This document shows positions 28,152 to 37,755 of a stretch of DNA of 64,000 nucleotides, piece by piece. Where the stretch lies: the NCBI GenBank assembly GCA_029261055.1, contig JAJDCA010000071.1, forward strand, positions 25,778 to 89,777. Reading direction: 5' to 3'. Position 1 is the first letter of the stretch; every line of letters starts with the position of its first letter. This stretch comes from Candidatus Omnitrophota bacterium (GTDB lineage Bacteria > Omnitrophota > Gorgyraeia > Zapsychrales > Zapsychraceae). A program made the translations under genes and the position numbers. The notes beneath the pieces were generated by a model. That model was not told where the DNA came from. It searched no databases and saw only the letters and a list, made by a program, of their open reading frames with translations.

Positions 28152-30113
28152 ATGATTACTATTACAGATTTAACTATGGGGTTTTCTCAACGGACGTTGT
28201 TTAAAGATGTCGGTTTGAGTATTTTTCCAAATGAAAAAATTGGTCTAACCGGGCCGAATGGAGCTGGTAAAACAACGCTTTTTTCTATTATTTTGGGGAG
28301 TACGGAACCTGTCAGTGGGCAAGTCCAGATTCAGAAAAATATTAATATTGGATATCTACCACAGGAAGCTCATTTCACGTCCAAAAAAACTGTTCTCGAT
28401 GAGCTGACAGAAGGGGACCAACGCATACGTGATTTGAAAAATGAAAAACGGAAATTAGAAGATGCCCATAAGGCGGATTCTCATCGTTACGGAGATATTT
28501 TGCATGAATTAGAGCAATTAGGCATTTATGACATTGAGCATAAAGCTGAAAAAATTTTAATGGGATTAGGTTTTAAAGAAGAGGATTTTGAAAAGCCCAT
28601 TGTGGAATTAAGCGGCGGCTGGCAGATGAGGACGCTTTTAGCAAAATTGTTGACCTATCCGTATGATGTGATCCTTTTGGATGAGCCGACGAACTATTTA
28701 GATTTATCGGCAACGCTTTGGTTAAAAAGTTTTTTGCATGCATACAAAGGCGCTTTTATTCTTATTTCACATGATAGGCTTTTTTTAAATGATGTGACAA
28801 ATTACACCATTATTCTCGAAGGCGCGCAGATGTTGAAAGTGAAAGGGAATTACGAGGAATTTGAACGGCAGAGAGAAATGACTCAAAAGACTCTGGAAAA
28901 AAAGCAAAAGGTGATTGAGAAAAAGCGTAAGCAATTAGAGCGTTTTGCGCAAAGATTTCATGCCCAACCGAATAAAGCTGCTTCTGTGCGTAATAAGCGC
29001 AGGATGATTGATCGCCTTGAAGACGTGCAATTAAGTACGGAAAATAAAAGTGTTGGTGTTTTTGAGTTTTCAAATGTCCCATCTAGTGGTTACCTTGTAG
29101 CCCATTTAGAAAAAGTGAGTAAGGCTTATGGGCCTAAACAAGTGTACAAAGATGTAGATTTAGAAATTACACGTGGACAAAAAGTTTGTTTAGTTGGACC
29201 TAATGGGGCTGGAAAGTCAACGCTTTTAAAAATGTTGGCCAAGGCCCTTGAGCCGGACACTGGAAAACTTAAATACGGGCATAATGTTGAATACGGATAT
29301 TTTTCTCAAACAAGGCTCGATGTTCTGCAACCGCATCGCAGTGCTTTTGATGAAGTTATTACGTCTGGTCCGCCCGGTACCCCAGCTTTAAAAGTAAGGG
29401 CTTTGTTAGGTTTATTCAATTTTCATGGGGATGATGTTTTTAAACAAGTAAAGGTTTTATCCGGTGGGGAGAAGAGTCGGTTAATCCTTGCTAAGCTTCT
29501 CATCAATCCTCCAAATTTTATGTTGTTAGATGAGCCAACAACGCATTTAGATCTTGATGGTGTAAAGGCTTTGACCTCAGCTTTGCAAGGATATGAGGGG
29601 ACGGTATGTTTTATTAGTCATGATTTGTATTTTATTCAGGAAGTGGCCGATTGTATTATTGATGTTAATGGCGGAAAGTTAAAGACGTATCTTGGTGGAT
29701 TAGATTATTATTTAGAAAAAAGCGGACAAAAAACTTTAGGGGGATCTAAGCAGGCGAGTGGAAAAGTGTCGCAAGATAAGGCTCAGGTGGCGTCATTAAC
29801 TCAGGGGAAGAAGGGGAAGAAATTAAAGCAAAAAGGCGGTTCAAAATTAGATGCCTTGCATGATCAGCATAAACAAGCCCTTAAGCGTATTACACAGATT
29901 AAAAATGAAATAAAGAAATTAGAGCAAGAGCAAAAAGATTTAGAGATGGAAAGTTATGTAAAGTCACGGCATTTATCGAAATCTTTTGATAAACAAGATT
30001 CGGGAACACTTAAAGAATATGGACAGCGTCTGAAATGGATTCAAGGACGGCAGAGAGACATTGAGAGTACGATTAAAAGTTTAGAAGAAGAAAAAACTAG
30101 AATTAGTAAATAA
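28152..30113 (+). CDS. ABC-F family ATPase (tandem ABC domains, no TMD; ribosome-associated type) with a C-terminal coiled-coil tail
   Basis: Two Walker A boxes (GPNGAGKTT; GPNGAGKST), two LSGG signatures, an inter-domain linker and a K/E-rich tail. Confidence 0.88.
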   Translation: MITITDLTMGFSQRTLFKDVGLSIFPNEKIGLTGPNGAGKTTLFSIILGSTEPVSGQVQIQKNINIGYLPQEAHFTSKKTVLDELTEGDQRIRDLKNEKRKLEDAHKADSHRYGDILHELEQLGIYDIEHKAEKILMGLGFKEEDFEKPIVELSGGWQMRTLLAKLLTYPYDVILLDEPTNYLDLSATLWLKSFLHAYKGAFILISHDRLFLNDVTNYTIILEGAQMLKVKGNYEEFERQREMTQKTLEKKQKVIEKKRKQLERFAQRFHAQPNKAASVRNKRRMIDRLEDVQLSTENKSVGVFEFSNVPSSGYLVAHLEKVSKAYGPKQVYKDVDLEITRGQKVCLVGPNGAGKSTLLKMLAKALEPDTGKLKYGHNVEYGYFSQTRLDVLQPHRSAFDEVITSGPPGTPALKVRALLGLFNFHGDDVFKQVKVLSGGEKSRLILAKLLINPPNFMLLDEPTTHLDLDGVKALTSALQGYEGTVCFISHDLYFIQEVADCIIDVNGGKLKTYLGGLDYYLEKSGQKTLGGSKQASGKVSQDKAQVASLTQGKKGKKLKQKGGSKLDALHDQHKQALKRITQIKNEIKKLEQEQKDLEMESYVKSRHLSKSFDKQDSGTLKEYGQRLKWIQGRQRDIESTIKSLEEEKTRISK

Positions 30114-30118
30114 TTTTT

Positions 30119-30376
30119 ATGAAGCTTAAATTAGACATGCATGATATTTATTCTGAGGGTAAGAAGCTTGAATCAGCGTTGGCGGGTATTATGCAAGAAG
30201 CACAGACGAAAAAGGCTAAGTTGGTTGAGATTATTCCCGGGAAGGGAAGCGGACAGTTGAAGAAATATGTTTTACGTACTCTTGAAAAAAAGTATAAAGG
30301 CATTTATCATAGGATTGAAAAAGATGATAAAAATTGGGGTCGGATTTTTGTTCATTTCCGTTGGAATAAATCTTGA
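30119..30376 (+). CDS. Smr (small MutS-related) domain protein
   Basis: LDMHD...EIIPGKGSGQLKKYV matches the Smr domain core (LDLHG...IHGKGTG). Confidence 0.7.
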   Translation: MKLKLDMHDIYSEGKKLESALAGIMQEAQTKKAKLVEIIPGKGSGQLKKYVLRTLEKKYKGIYHRIEKDDKNWGRIFVHFRWNKS

Positions 30377-30385
30377 GGGATAGCT

Positions 30386-30847
30386 ATGAAGCGACTGAGT
30401 GTTCTTTTTTTGCCGTATAGGAAATTATATAATTTCCTATCGGCACCAAAAATACGCCTCAAGTTATTGATGAATGCAATTTTCTTGAGTGTTTTATTTT
30501 TATCGAGTTGTACTAAATTAAAGTACCTTCCGCAGCTTTTAACTCTAAAAGATCTGGCTAATGAGCAGGAACAACTTAATCAGCATGTTGAGGAGGCTGA
30601 TAAAAAATTCCAGAATCTTTTACAGGCCATTAAAACAGACACCATTCGTGTGTATGCTAATCAAAAAGGTATTATTGAGGCTTTCGGTGATCCGGTTCTT
30701 ATTGAGGATGTCGTAGGTCATACGAAGGCTTCAGTAGAATGGATGTATCGTTACTCCACGCAGTTTTTTACTTCAGAAAAAGTCTACCTGTATTTTGATT
30801 CTTCTAAAAATCTTATTGAATGGGAATATGTGCCTGGGAAGGGATAG
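30386..30847 (+). CDS. Putative lipoprotein, unknown function
   Basis: Lipobox LFLSSC; no recognizable domain. Confidence 0.4.
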   Translation: MKRLSVLFLPYRKLYNFLSAPKIRLKLLMNAIFLSVLFLSSCTKLKYLPQLLTLKDLANEQEQLNQHVEEADKKFQNLLQAIKTDTIRVYANQKGIIEAFGDPVLIEDVVGHTKASVEWMYRYSTQFFTSEKVYLYFDSSKNLIEWEYVPGKG

Positions 30848-30855
30848 AAATTTTA

Positions 30856-30950
30856 AGGTAGATCGTCGATCGTGACGCGTGGCTCTTAAAAAACGAGTCA
30901 CTAGTCACGAGCGACGAGCCACTAAAAGTCGCCGAGCGAAAGCGAGGACT
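30856..30950. repeat. GC-rich palindromic element (family C, copy 3) in the convergent gap before greA
   Basis: TTTTAAGGTAGATCGTCGATCGTGACGCGTGGCTCTTAAAAAACGAGTCACTAGTCACGAGCGACGAGCC... is homologous to the ruvB-leader copy. Confidence 0.65.
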
Positions 30951-30953
30951 AAT

Positions 30954-31430
30954 TCATTTCGGTCGTTTAATCTTAAGAATTTTGTATGTGAGTGTGCCCG
31001 CAGGAACCTGGAGATTTACTTCTTCCCCTTCGGTATGCCCGAGAAGCCCTTTGCCAATAGGAGAGTGAATAGAGATTTTACCGGCGTCAAAGTCAGCTTC
31101 CTCAGGAGAAAGGAGTTGATATTTCAACTCTTCTCCGGTATCGACGTCTTTTAACGTTGCAATGGCTCCGATAAAAATTTTATCAGATGGAATATCCTCA
31201 TCTTCGATAATTCGGGTTTTGGCTAATTTGTCTTCCAAGCTGGTAGATCGGGCTACGTTGTGAGCTTGAGCCTCTTTGGCTGCATCATATTCGGCATTCT
31301 CGGAAAGGTCACCTTGAAGCCTGGCTTCTTCAATAGCACCGGAAATTTTGATGCGGTCTTTTTTAAGGTCTTCTAACTCACCGAGTAATCTTTCAAAACC
31401 CGCACGTGTTAAATAAATTTCATCAGACAT
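30954..31430 (-). CDS. greA: Transcription elongation factor GreA
   Basis: N-terminal coiled coil (MSDEIYLTRAGFERLLGELEDLK...) and a C-terminal FKBP-like domain. Confidence 0.92.
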   Translation of the reverse strand: MSDEIYLTRAGFERLLGELEDLKKDRIKISGAIEEARLQGDLSENAEYDAAKEAQAHNVARSTSLEDKLAKTRIIEDEDIPSDKIFIGAIATLKDVDTGEELKYQLLSPEEADFDAGKISIHSPIGKGLLGHTEGEEVNLQVPAGTLTYKILKIKRPK

Positions 31431-31450
31431 GTTTCTCTCCTTTGGGGTGA

Positions 31451-31711
31451 TTACATTTGTTCAACAGCTTTCATCATCACAGGAATAACTTCTTTGGCTT
31501 CTTCTTTATTCATGCGGCCTAATTTAGCAAAGCGCCATTCTTCTTCCGCATTTTTATTTTCTCGTGTTACTTGAAGTTTTTTGATCCCGTTGTTGTAGCA
31601 ATAGACCCCAACAGAAATTCGTGTTTCTTCAAACTCTTTGATTTCTTTGAAGGATTCAACATCTAATGATTTGTCGTATGGCATTTTTTTCTCCTTTGAG
31701 AGATTGTCCAA
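31451..31711 (-). CDS. Small conserved protein, possibly PC4/YdbC-like ssDNA-binding fold
   Basis: 86 aa; the pattern KEIKEF..TRISVGVYCYNNG.KKLQV.REN.....EWRFAKLGRM.KEE resembles YdbC-like proteins. This is a weak assignment from memory. Confidence 0.35.
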   Translation of the reverse strand: MDNLSKEKKMPYDKSLDVESFKEIKEFEETRISVGVYCYNNGIKKLQVTRENKNAEEEWRFAKLGRMNKEEAKEVIPVMMKAVEQM

Positions 31712-31776
31712 AAATTACTTGGACAATTGTTTGATTTTGATCAACGTACTTTTACGTTAATTTAAGAAAATTTGTT

Positions 31777-31810
31777 TAATTAGGAATTTCTAGCTTTAAA
31801 GAAATTCCAA
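31777..31810. repeat. Type A element, truncated copy (first hairpin only)
   Basis: TTAATTAGGAATTTCTAGCTTTAAAGAAATTCCAA is identical to the 5' half of the 28062 copy. Confidence 0.75.
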
Positions 31811-31828
31811 TTTTGGACAACTCCTCAT

Positions 31829-32122
31829 TTAAAGTCCTGGAAATCCTCCGGGTAAAACTGATTTCATTTTTTGTGCGGCTACGTTTTGTGATTTTTTAAC
31901 GGCGCCATTGATACTGCGTAGAAGTTCAGACTCTAATTTAGTTTTGCGGTCTGGAGTAAGAAGATCTTCATTTACTTCAATGGATTGAAAATATTGTGCC
32001 CCATTAATGGTGATCTTAATCCCACGGCCTTCATCAGATTCTGTAATTGAGGCATCTAACTCACGTTTGATTTTGTCAGCCTGCTTTTTCATTTCCATGA
32101 GTTGTTTCATTTTGTCAAACAT
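31829..32122 (-). CDS. ybaB: Nucleoid-associated protein YbaB/EbfC
   Basis: 97 aa with the N-terminal MKQLMEMKKQ..., the central segment I.I.G and the terminal PGGFPGL. Confidence 0.88.
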   Translation of the reverse strand: MFDKMKQLMEMKKQADKIKRELDASITESDEGRGIKITINGAQYFQSIEVNEDLLTPDRKTKLESELLRSINGAVKKSQNVAAQKMKSVLPGGFPGL

Positions 32123-32136
32123 CTAAAACTCCTTAA

Positions 32137-32532
32137 TTAAAATAAATCATTTGTTTGTTTATATTCATTTGGGGAAGATTCATGATGAATTGAATATGTT
32201 GAATTTTCTATTTTGGGTTTACCCAAATTGCCAATATTATCCGCTAGTTTGTGTAAAGAGGTAACCAAAAATATTTGTAAGAAAATGATCATAAGATAAA
32301 CGATAAATGGGGAAAAGTCAAGCCCCATGGGGGGAATAATTCTTCGAATACGGGTCAGAACAGGTTCGGTTACCAGATGAAGAAAATGAATAATGGATCT
32401 GATAATTTCGTTATGCGGGCTTGGCTTGAGCCAGCTAACTATGACGTAGAATAAAATTATCCAACCATATAAATCTAAGAGTATTCTTAATATTTCTGCA
32501 ATAGCATGAAGAAAATTTTCAAATATAAACAT
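32137..32532 (-). CDS. YggT family membrane protein
   Basis: Motif W...P...N....I...TEPVL.RIRRIIPPMGLDFSP typical of YggT (Pfam YGGT). Confidence 0.7.
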   Translation of the reverse strand: MFIFENFLHAIAEILRILLDLYGWIILFYVIVSWLKPSPHNEIIRSIIHFLHLVTEPVLTRIRRIIPPMGLDFSPFIVYLMIIFLQIFLVTSLHKLADNIGNLGKPKIENSTYSIHHESSPNEYKQTNDLF

Positions 32533-32546
32533 TTTTGGTCCTTTCG

Positions 32547-33221
32547 TTAAAAAACTTTAAACAAATTGCCATCAATAATTTTTTGTTCGACACGATCAAA
32601 GAGGCGTTTGGCTTTTTGAGTAATATCGTCCATTTCACCCATAATAGAATTAAGGCCTTCGGCGGTGCCTAAAAGCGCTTTGGAGGATTCGATCATGACT
32701 TCGGATAATTCCAACATATTAATTTTACTCATTTCTTCGGATGTCTTTGTGAAAGAGGCGGCTGCATGGGAAAATTGCTCTGCTATGTCTTGCACATCAA
32801 GTGGGTCTTCGCCGATGACCGGTTGGGTTAAGTTAAGTACCCCGCCTTGGTCTACAGTGTAGATTTCAATCAATTTTTCCCCTAGGATGCCTTCCGTTTT
32901 AATAACAAAACGGGCATTTGTTTGGAGTTGATTTTTGTATTTTTCAAAGATGTTGAGGATAACTTTTACTTTGCGTCCTTTGATAGCTTTTTCAAGAAAG
33001 TCAATACTAGCGACATTTCCAACACTGACGCCAGAAAGACGGGTGGGAGCGCCTTCCGTAAGGCCACCGACATTACGAAAAAGCACCGTGACTTGAAATT
33101 TTGCTTTTGCCAATCCTTTATCTTTACTGATGGCAAAAATAAAACTACCAATCAGGAAGAGACCGATAAGAAAGAATATTCCAGCAGATAAATATTTGAT
33201 AAATTCTTTTTGTTCGTTCAT
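32547..33221 (-). CDS. mlaD: MCE-domain protein MlaD (phospholipid ABC transport periplasmic subunit)
   Basis: N-terminal TM plus the MCE domain (VLFRNVGGLTEGAPTRLSGVSVGNV). Clustered with mlaE/mlaF. Confidence 0.85.
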   Translation of the reverse strand: MNEQKEFIKYLSAGIFFLIGLFLIGSFIFAISKDKGLAKAKFQVTVLFRNVGGLTEGAPTRLSGVSVGNVASIDFLEKAIKGRKVKVILNIFEKYKNQLQTNARFVIKTEGILGEKLIEIYTVDQGGVLNLTQPVIGEDPLDVQDIAEQFSHAAASFTKTSEEMSKINMLELSEVMIESSKALLGTAEGLNSIMGEMDDITQKAKRLFDRVEQKIIDGNLFKVF

Positions 33222-33226
33222 TGTAT

Positions 33227-33300
33227 TAATTAAGGAATTTCTAGTTTTAAAGAAATTCCAAAAGGGTCTAATTCCCCGAGGCTTGCCTCGAGGAGATTCA
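33227..33300. repeat. Type A element copy 2, inserted between mlaF and mlaD inside the mla operon
   Basis: 74 bp with ~96% identity to the 28062-28136 copy. Confidence 0.8.
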
Positions 33301-34017
33301 ATTCATCAAGAAATCTTTAACAAAAGGATCTTGTGATTTTCTTAATTCAGATTCTGTGCCTTGAGCCGTAATTTTTCCGCCGTGCATTAAGACGACGCGG
33401 TCGGCAATACGAAAAGAATTGCGAATGTCGTGCGAAGTAATCACGGTCGTGCAGTTGAGTTTTCTGGATGCATCATGGATTAAATCTGAGATATCCCGGC
33501 TTCGTATGGGGTCTAACCCGGAAGTCGGTTCATCGCAAAAAAGAATTTTTGAATCTAGGATAATAGCACGGGCTAAGGCCACACGTTTACGCATTCCGCC
33601 ACTTAACTCAGAAGGGTAAACTTTCTCAATACCTTTTAAATCTACGATTTCTAGAATTTCTGTGACCTTTTGGGCAATAATTTTTTTGCTAAATTGTGTA
33701 TGTTCGTGCAGAGGAAAAGCAATATTTTCAGCCACGTTCATAAAATCATACAAGGCCCCTTCTTGAAAAAGATAACCAATATTGGATCTGATTTTTAACA
33801 ATTCTTTTTCAGAGAGGCAAGTAATATCTTTGGCATTGATATGGATTGCCCCTTGATCTGGTTTTAAAAGTCCGATTAAATGTTTTAAAAGAACGCTTTT
33901 GCCTGTGCCGCTTTGGCCAAGAACTACAAGAATTTCTCCTTCTTTGATCTCTAAATTAATGTTATCCAGGACAGATTTTCCAGAAAATGTCTTTGAAAGA
34001 TTTTCAATTTTGATCAT
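33298..34017 (-). CDS. mlaF: ABC transporter ATP-binding protein MlaF
   Basis: MIKIENLSKTF..., Walker A GQSGTGKS, LSGGMRKRV, Walker B ILFCDEPTSGLD. The start at 34017 is an internal ATG of the longer ORF 33298..34131. Confidence 0.88.
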   Translation of the reverse strand: MIKIENLSKTFSGKSVLDNINLEIKEGEILVVLGQSGTGKSVLLKHLIGLLKPDQGAIHINAKDITCLSEKELLKIRSNIGYLFQEGALYDFMNVAENIAFPLHEHTQFSKKIIAQKVTEILEIVDLKGIEKVYPSELSGGMRKRVALARAIILDSKILFCDEPTSGLDPIRSRDISDLIHDASRKLNCTTVITSHDIRNSFRIADRVVLMHGGKITAQGTESELRKSQDPFVKDFLMN

Positions 34018-34381
34018 GATCTTTTTTTTTAAAATAACGAAATTTATTTTTGTCAAACTTTGTGTACAAGCGTTCATAAGGGCGAACGTCGACCTTATCC
34101 GCAAAATATTGAACACCTCGGTATTCTCCAAGAATGTAAACTTCAGAATCGGTCAGACTTTCCACGCCATCAGCTGGATACCATAGGTTGCCTTCAAATT
34201 CAATCGGTTCGCCATGACGTATCCATTCAGCTTCTGTAGACAAGAGAGGATAATTTTGTATACGGCCAGCATTGCCTTTCGTTGTTTGGCAAGCTGGAAG
34301 AAAGCAAAGGCAAAGTAGCAAAGGACATAGGGCTAATAGTTTAGAACTTAAAAGCGAAAATGTTGTTTGTTTTTTATTCAT
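34004..34381 (-). CDS. Small lipoprotein embedded in the mla operon, function unknown
   Basis: Signal peptide with lipobox LPAC. Lies between mlaE and mlaF. Confidence 0.5.
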   Translation of the reverse strand: MNKKQTTFSLLSSKLLALCPLLLCLCFLPACQTTKGNAGRIQNYPLLSTEAEWIRHGEPIEFEGNLWYPADGVESLTDSEVYILGEYRGVQYFADKVDVRPYERLYTKFDKNKFRYFKKKDHDQN

Positions 34382-34622
34382 AATGTTTATTTATGTAGAC
34401 ACGAAATCGCTTTTGAACAAAAATTAATACATTCGGCTCAGAAGAGGCCTCGTTCTGCTCGGCCTCTAATTCGCCGTATGCATTAATTTTTGTTTTGCGC
34501 GATTACGAATCTAAATTCTTAATTTGTAAACCCTCGGCCAGCCCATCTTAACATAAGCTCCAATAGACGGATTGACTAACGCTTCCGTAATTTGAGCAGT
34601 TGTAATGTTCCCTAGTGTAGCA

Positions 34623-35393
34623 CTATCCCCAAAAAGTCAAAATGATTTTTGTCAATATCGTATTGGAAACAATAATAAAGATGTAAGAGTAAGCTACAGC
34701 CTTAGTTGTAAATTTTCCTACACCCAAAGATCCGCCTTTGGTTGTAAATCCTTGGTAGCAGCAAACCCAGCCAATAAGAATAGAAAAAAAGAAAGATTTA
34801 ATGAAGCCACTAAAAAAGTCTACGTATTGAATGGCCTTAATTGTTTGATTAATGTAAAAAGGGCCTGGGATATGAGCTTCACCAACACCTACCATGTAGC
34901 CGCCTGCAATGCCCACCATTTCTGAAATGACGGTTAATATGGGTAGCACAAGAAAACAGGCCAAAATGCGAGGGACAACAAGAAATTCAATAGGGTCTAC
35001 GCCCATTGTTCGGGTGGCCAGGAGTTGATCGTTAACATTCATGGTGCCTAATTCAGCCGTTATACGAGCCCCGGCTTTTCCGGAAAAAATAAGGGCCGTA
35101 AAGACAGGTCCAAGTTCTCTAACCAGTGAAAGGGCTACTAAATGGGAAATGTATTCTTTAGCACCAAATCGGGCCATGGCGACATATCCCTGCAAGGCCA
35201 GGACAAGGCCGGAGGCCAATGAGGTCATCATAATAATAATGACAGATTGTAACCCTTGCGCGTACATTTGTTTAAGGACTTCACCTAATCGAATGCGGCC
35301 ACAGACAATATGCCGCATAATATCACCCAAAAAGCAGAGTGCTCGTCCAAGATTTGTGATCATATTTATGAAATATTGAAAAAGTGGTTTCAT
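34623..35393 (-). CDS. mlaE: ABC transporter permease MlaE
   Basis: 256 aa polytopic, MlaE family (YrbE-like) with the motif ...ELGPVFTALIFSGKAGARITAELGTM... Confidence 0.85.
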   Translation of the reverse strand: MKPLFQYFINMITNLGRALCFLGDIMRHIVCGRIRLGEVLKQMYAQGLQSVIIIMMTSLASGLVLALQGYVAMARFGAKEYISHLVALSLVRELGPVFTALIFSGKAGARITAELGTMNVNDQLLATRTMGVDPIEFLVVPRILACFLVLPILTVISEMVGIAGGYMVGVGEAHIPGPFYINQTIKAIQYVDFFSGFIKSFFFSILIGWVCCYQGFTTKGGSLGVGKFTTKAVAYSYIFIIVSNTILTKIILTFWG

Positions 35394-35394
35394 G

Positions 35395-35919
35395 TTATTT
35401 ATCTTTATTCACCCAAATATCTTTAAGTTCCGAAGTGATTTGCATTTCTATATTTTTAGGCATATTTTTTGAGATTTCTTTGTGTTTACGATTTTTGTTT
35501 GTTGTAGCATTTTTTTGTTGAACAGGCTGCATTTTTTTTAAAAATTGGGCCACAGGGACAACTTGGGCGCCTAAGGCTTTGACGGCATATTGTATGTCTC
35601 TGTCATCTGTTACGACTTTGATATTTTTTTTATTGGCGGCCAAGGACACTATTTTCTTTATTTTGTCATCGGCTGATTCTCCTTTGGAATAAACGATTTT
35701 TATCCCGCTCAATGGCAATGGATCAAAATTAATGATACCGGCTTGACCATCAAAAATTAATGTAACCTCGTTGCGTAGACTTCCTTGAGGTTTGTATCGT
35801 CCAATCACATTAATGAGATGTTTGCGTTGTTCCTCAAGATTGCCCGGGGGCAGAGGTGTCATTTGATAGATGATGTTGTACCCGTCCAGGAGATAATGTA
35901 GTGACATAAATAATTCCAC
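35395..35919 (-). CDS. NYN/PIN-like domain protein (YacP/Rae1-like predicted RNA-binding nuclease)
   Basis: LLDGYNIIYQ N-terminal signature and KNIKVVTDDRDIQYAV C-terminal block. A later ATG is possible. Confidence 0.6.
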   Translation of the reverse strand: MELFMSLHYLLDGYNIIYQMTPLPPGNLEEQRKHLINVIGRYKPQGSLRNEVTLIFDGQAGIINFDPLPLSGIKIVYSKGESADDKIKKIVSLAANKKNIKVVTDDRDIQYAVKALGAQVVPVAQFLKKMQPVQQKNATTNKNRKHKEISKNMPKNIEMQITSELKDIWVNKDK

Positions 35920-36832
35920 CGATAATGCCTATGGCAATCATAAAAAAATAATTGATTAAAGAAATGCTGACAGCGATACCTGAATCAACGCCTATTTTAC
36001 CTAATAAATAGGCTGCTCCGGTTTCTCTGACGCCAAGTCCTCCTATGGAAGGGAAAGAAGAGGCAACACAAAGTAAAGGGACAAAAATGAGAAAATAAAT
36101 GATGGGAATATCTTGATGCAAAGCCTTGGCCACAAGATACCAGCTAAATCCAAAAATAACTTGATTGATGCATGCCAATCCAAGAGCTTTGAATCCTTGG
36201 GCACGGTTGTTTTTGAGTAAGGCAATGTCGTAATGCATTTCCATGAGTTTATTTTTAAACTTTGGGAAGTAATTAAAAAGTTTACATCCAAAGCTATAAA
36301 TTTTTTCGTTAAATAAAACTAGGGCTATGGAACCGGCGACCAAGGCAATAATAGATATGGCAATCAGGAGGGTAACATCCTGAATAAACCGATATCCAAA
36401 AATAAAAGCACAGACGGCCACAATGACAATACTGGCAAAGCCGCTTAAGCGGTCCAGGAGAACGGAGGCCACCACTTTTGTTTTTTGATCATGGTTTGTG
36501 CATAATCCAACCGTTTTTAGGACGTCGCCCCCAATAGCGGAGGGTAAAAAAAGGTTGCCGAATAAGCCGACACCAAAATGGCGGAGGGCATTCCAAAATC
36601 CCACGGATAGATTTAAAGCCTTCATAAAGATCATCCATCGCCAAAGAATGAGACCATTAATAAAAACAAATATACAAAAGGCCAGGGTAACAAAAAATGG
36701 ATCAGTCGTTTTTAAGACTTCTAGGGTATTGTCTATGTCAATTTTTGAAAAGACATACCATAGAAGTAAGCCGCTTAATCCGATACGGAGACAGAAAGAA
36801 AATATATTTTTTATTTTTGTGTTGAGAGACAT
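35834..36832 (-). CDS. UPF0104 / lysylphosphatidylglycerol-synthase-TM-region-like flippase-type membrane protein
   Basis: ~8 TM protein. FGNLFLPSAIGGDVLK and GGLGVRE motifs are typical of the LPG_synthase_TM family. Confidence 0.65.
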   Translation of the reverse strand: MSLNTKIKNIFSFCLRIGLSGLLLWYVFSKIDIDNTLEVLKTTDPFFVTLAFCIFVFINGLILWRWMIFMKALNLSVGFWNALRHFGVGLFGNLFLPSAIGGDVLKTVGLCTNHDQKTKVVASVLLDRLSGFASIVIVAVCAFIFGYRFIQDVTLLIAISIIALVAGSIALVLFNEKIYSFGCKLFNYFPKFKNKLMEMHYDIALLKNNRAQGFKALGLACINQVIFGFSWYLVAKALHQDIPIIYFLIFVPLLCVASSFPSIGGLGVRETGAAYLLGKIGVDSGIAVSISLINYFFMIAIGIIGGIIYVTTLSPGRVQHHLSNDTSAPGQS

Positions 36833-37755
36833 TTTTGGTAGCCTTTCTCTGCGATAAAAGAACTGCGTGTTAAAGGGGAGCTTTGTACATGCTTAAATCC
36901 CATGTTTAATCCAATGGTGCGATATTCTTCAAATTCTTTTGGGGTAATAAATCGGGTGACTTTAAAATGACGACGTGAGGTTGAGGGGGCTAAATATTGC
37001 CCAATGGTGAGCATAGAGCATCCTGTTTCATGCAGGTCTTGCATGAGTTGTAGAATTTCTGCATAGGTTTCTCCAAATCCGACCATGAATCCCGATTTAA
37101 TAATAGATGCAGGGGCAAGCTGGTGGCAGGTTTTTAATACGGCTAAAGAACGGGCATAATCAGCTTTGGAACGAACATCCGGTGAAAGGCGTTTTACTGT
37201 TTCTAGATTGTGGCTAATAACTTCGGGGCGTGCGTCAGTCAGTTTTTTGAGAAGATGCATTTTATTAGAAAAGTCTGGAATGAGCACTTCGATTTTTGTT
37301 TGCGGCGTAAGAGCCCGAATTGCGTGGATGGTGCGGACAAATTGATCGACGCCTTCATCCGGAAGGTCATCACGCGCTACAGATGTGATAACAACGTATT
37401 TTAAATTTAATTCTTTGATGGCAAGGGCGGTATGATGCGGTTCATGCAGATCAACCTCTAAAGGACGGCCAGATTTGACGGCACAAAAACGGCAGGCACG
37501 GGTGCATATTTCTCCGAGGATCATAAATGTGGCAATCCCTTGTTCCCAGCATTGTCCGAGATTAGGACAGCGGGCACTTTCACAGACGGTATGAAGAGAA
37601 GATGTACGGACAAGGTTTTTAATTTTTCGTACTTTGGTTATGTCCGGTATGTTTTGACGGAACCAAGAAGGGAGAGGAAGGGGTTTATTTGTTGTGATTG
37701 GAGGCATTATTGTTTGGTTTCTTGATCCGTCATTTTGTCTAATTTTTTTTCCCAT
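36811..37755 (-). CDS. lipA: Lipoyl synthase
   Basis: Cysteine clusters CESARCPNLGQCW and CTRACRFCAV (radical SAM). Confidence 0.93.
   Translation of the reverse strand: MGKKIRQNDGSRNQTIMPPITTNKPLPLPSWFRQNIPDITKVRKIKNLVRTSSLHTVCESARCPNLGQCWEQGIATFMILGEICTRACRFCAVKSGRPLEVDLHEPHHTALAIKELNLKYVVITSVARDDLPDEGVDQFVRTIHAIRALTPQTKIEVLIPDFSNKMHLLKKLTDARPEVISHNLETVKRLSPDVRSKADYARSLAVLKTCHQLAPASIIKSGFMVGFGETYAEILQLMQDLHETGCSMLTIGQYLAPSTSRRHFKVTRFITPKEFEEYRTIGLNMGFKHVQSSPLTRSSFIAEKGYQKCLSTQK

Noticed and set aside
30879-31154. 91-aa plus-strand ORF starting within the GC-rich element and running antisense into greA
   Set aside because: Antisense to greA, which has clear homology. It begins in a palindromic repeat and has no support.
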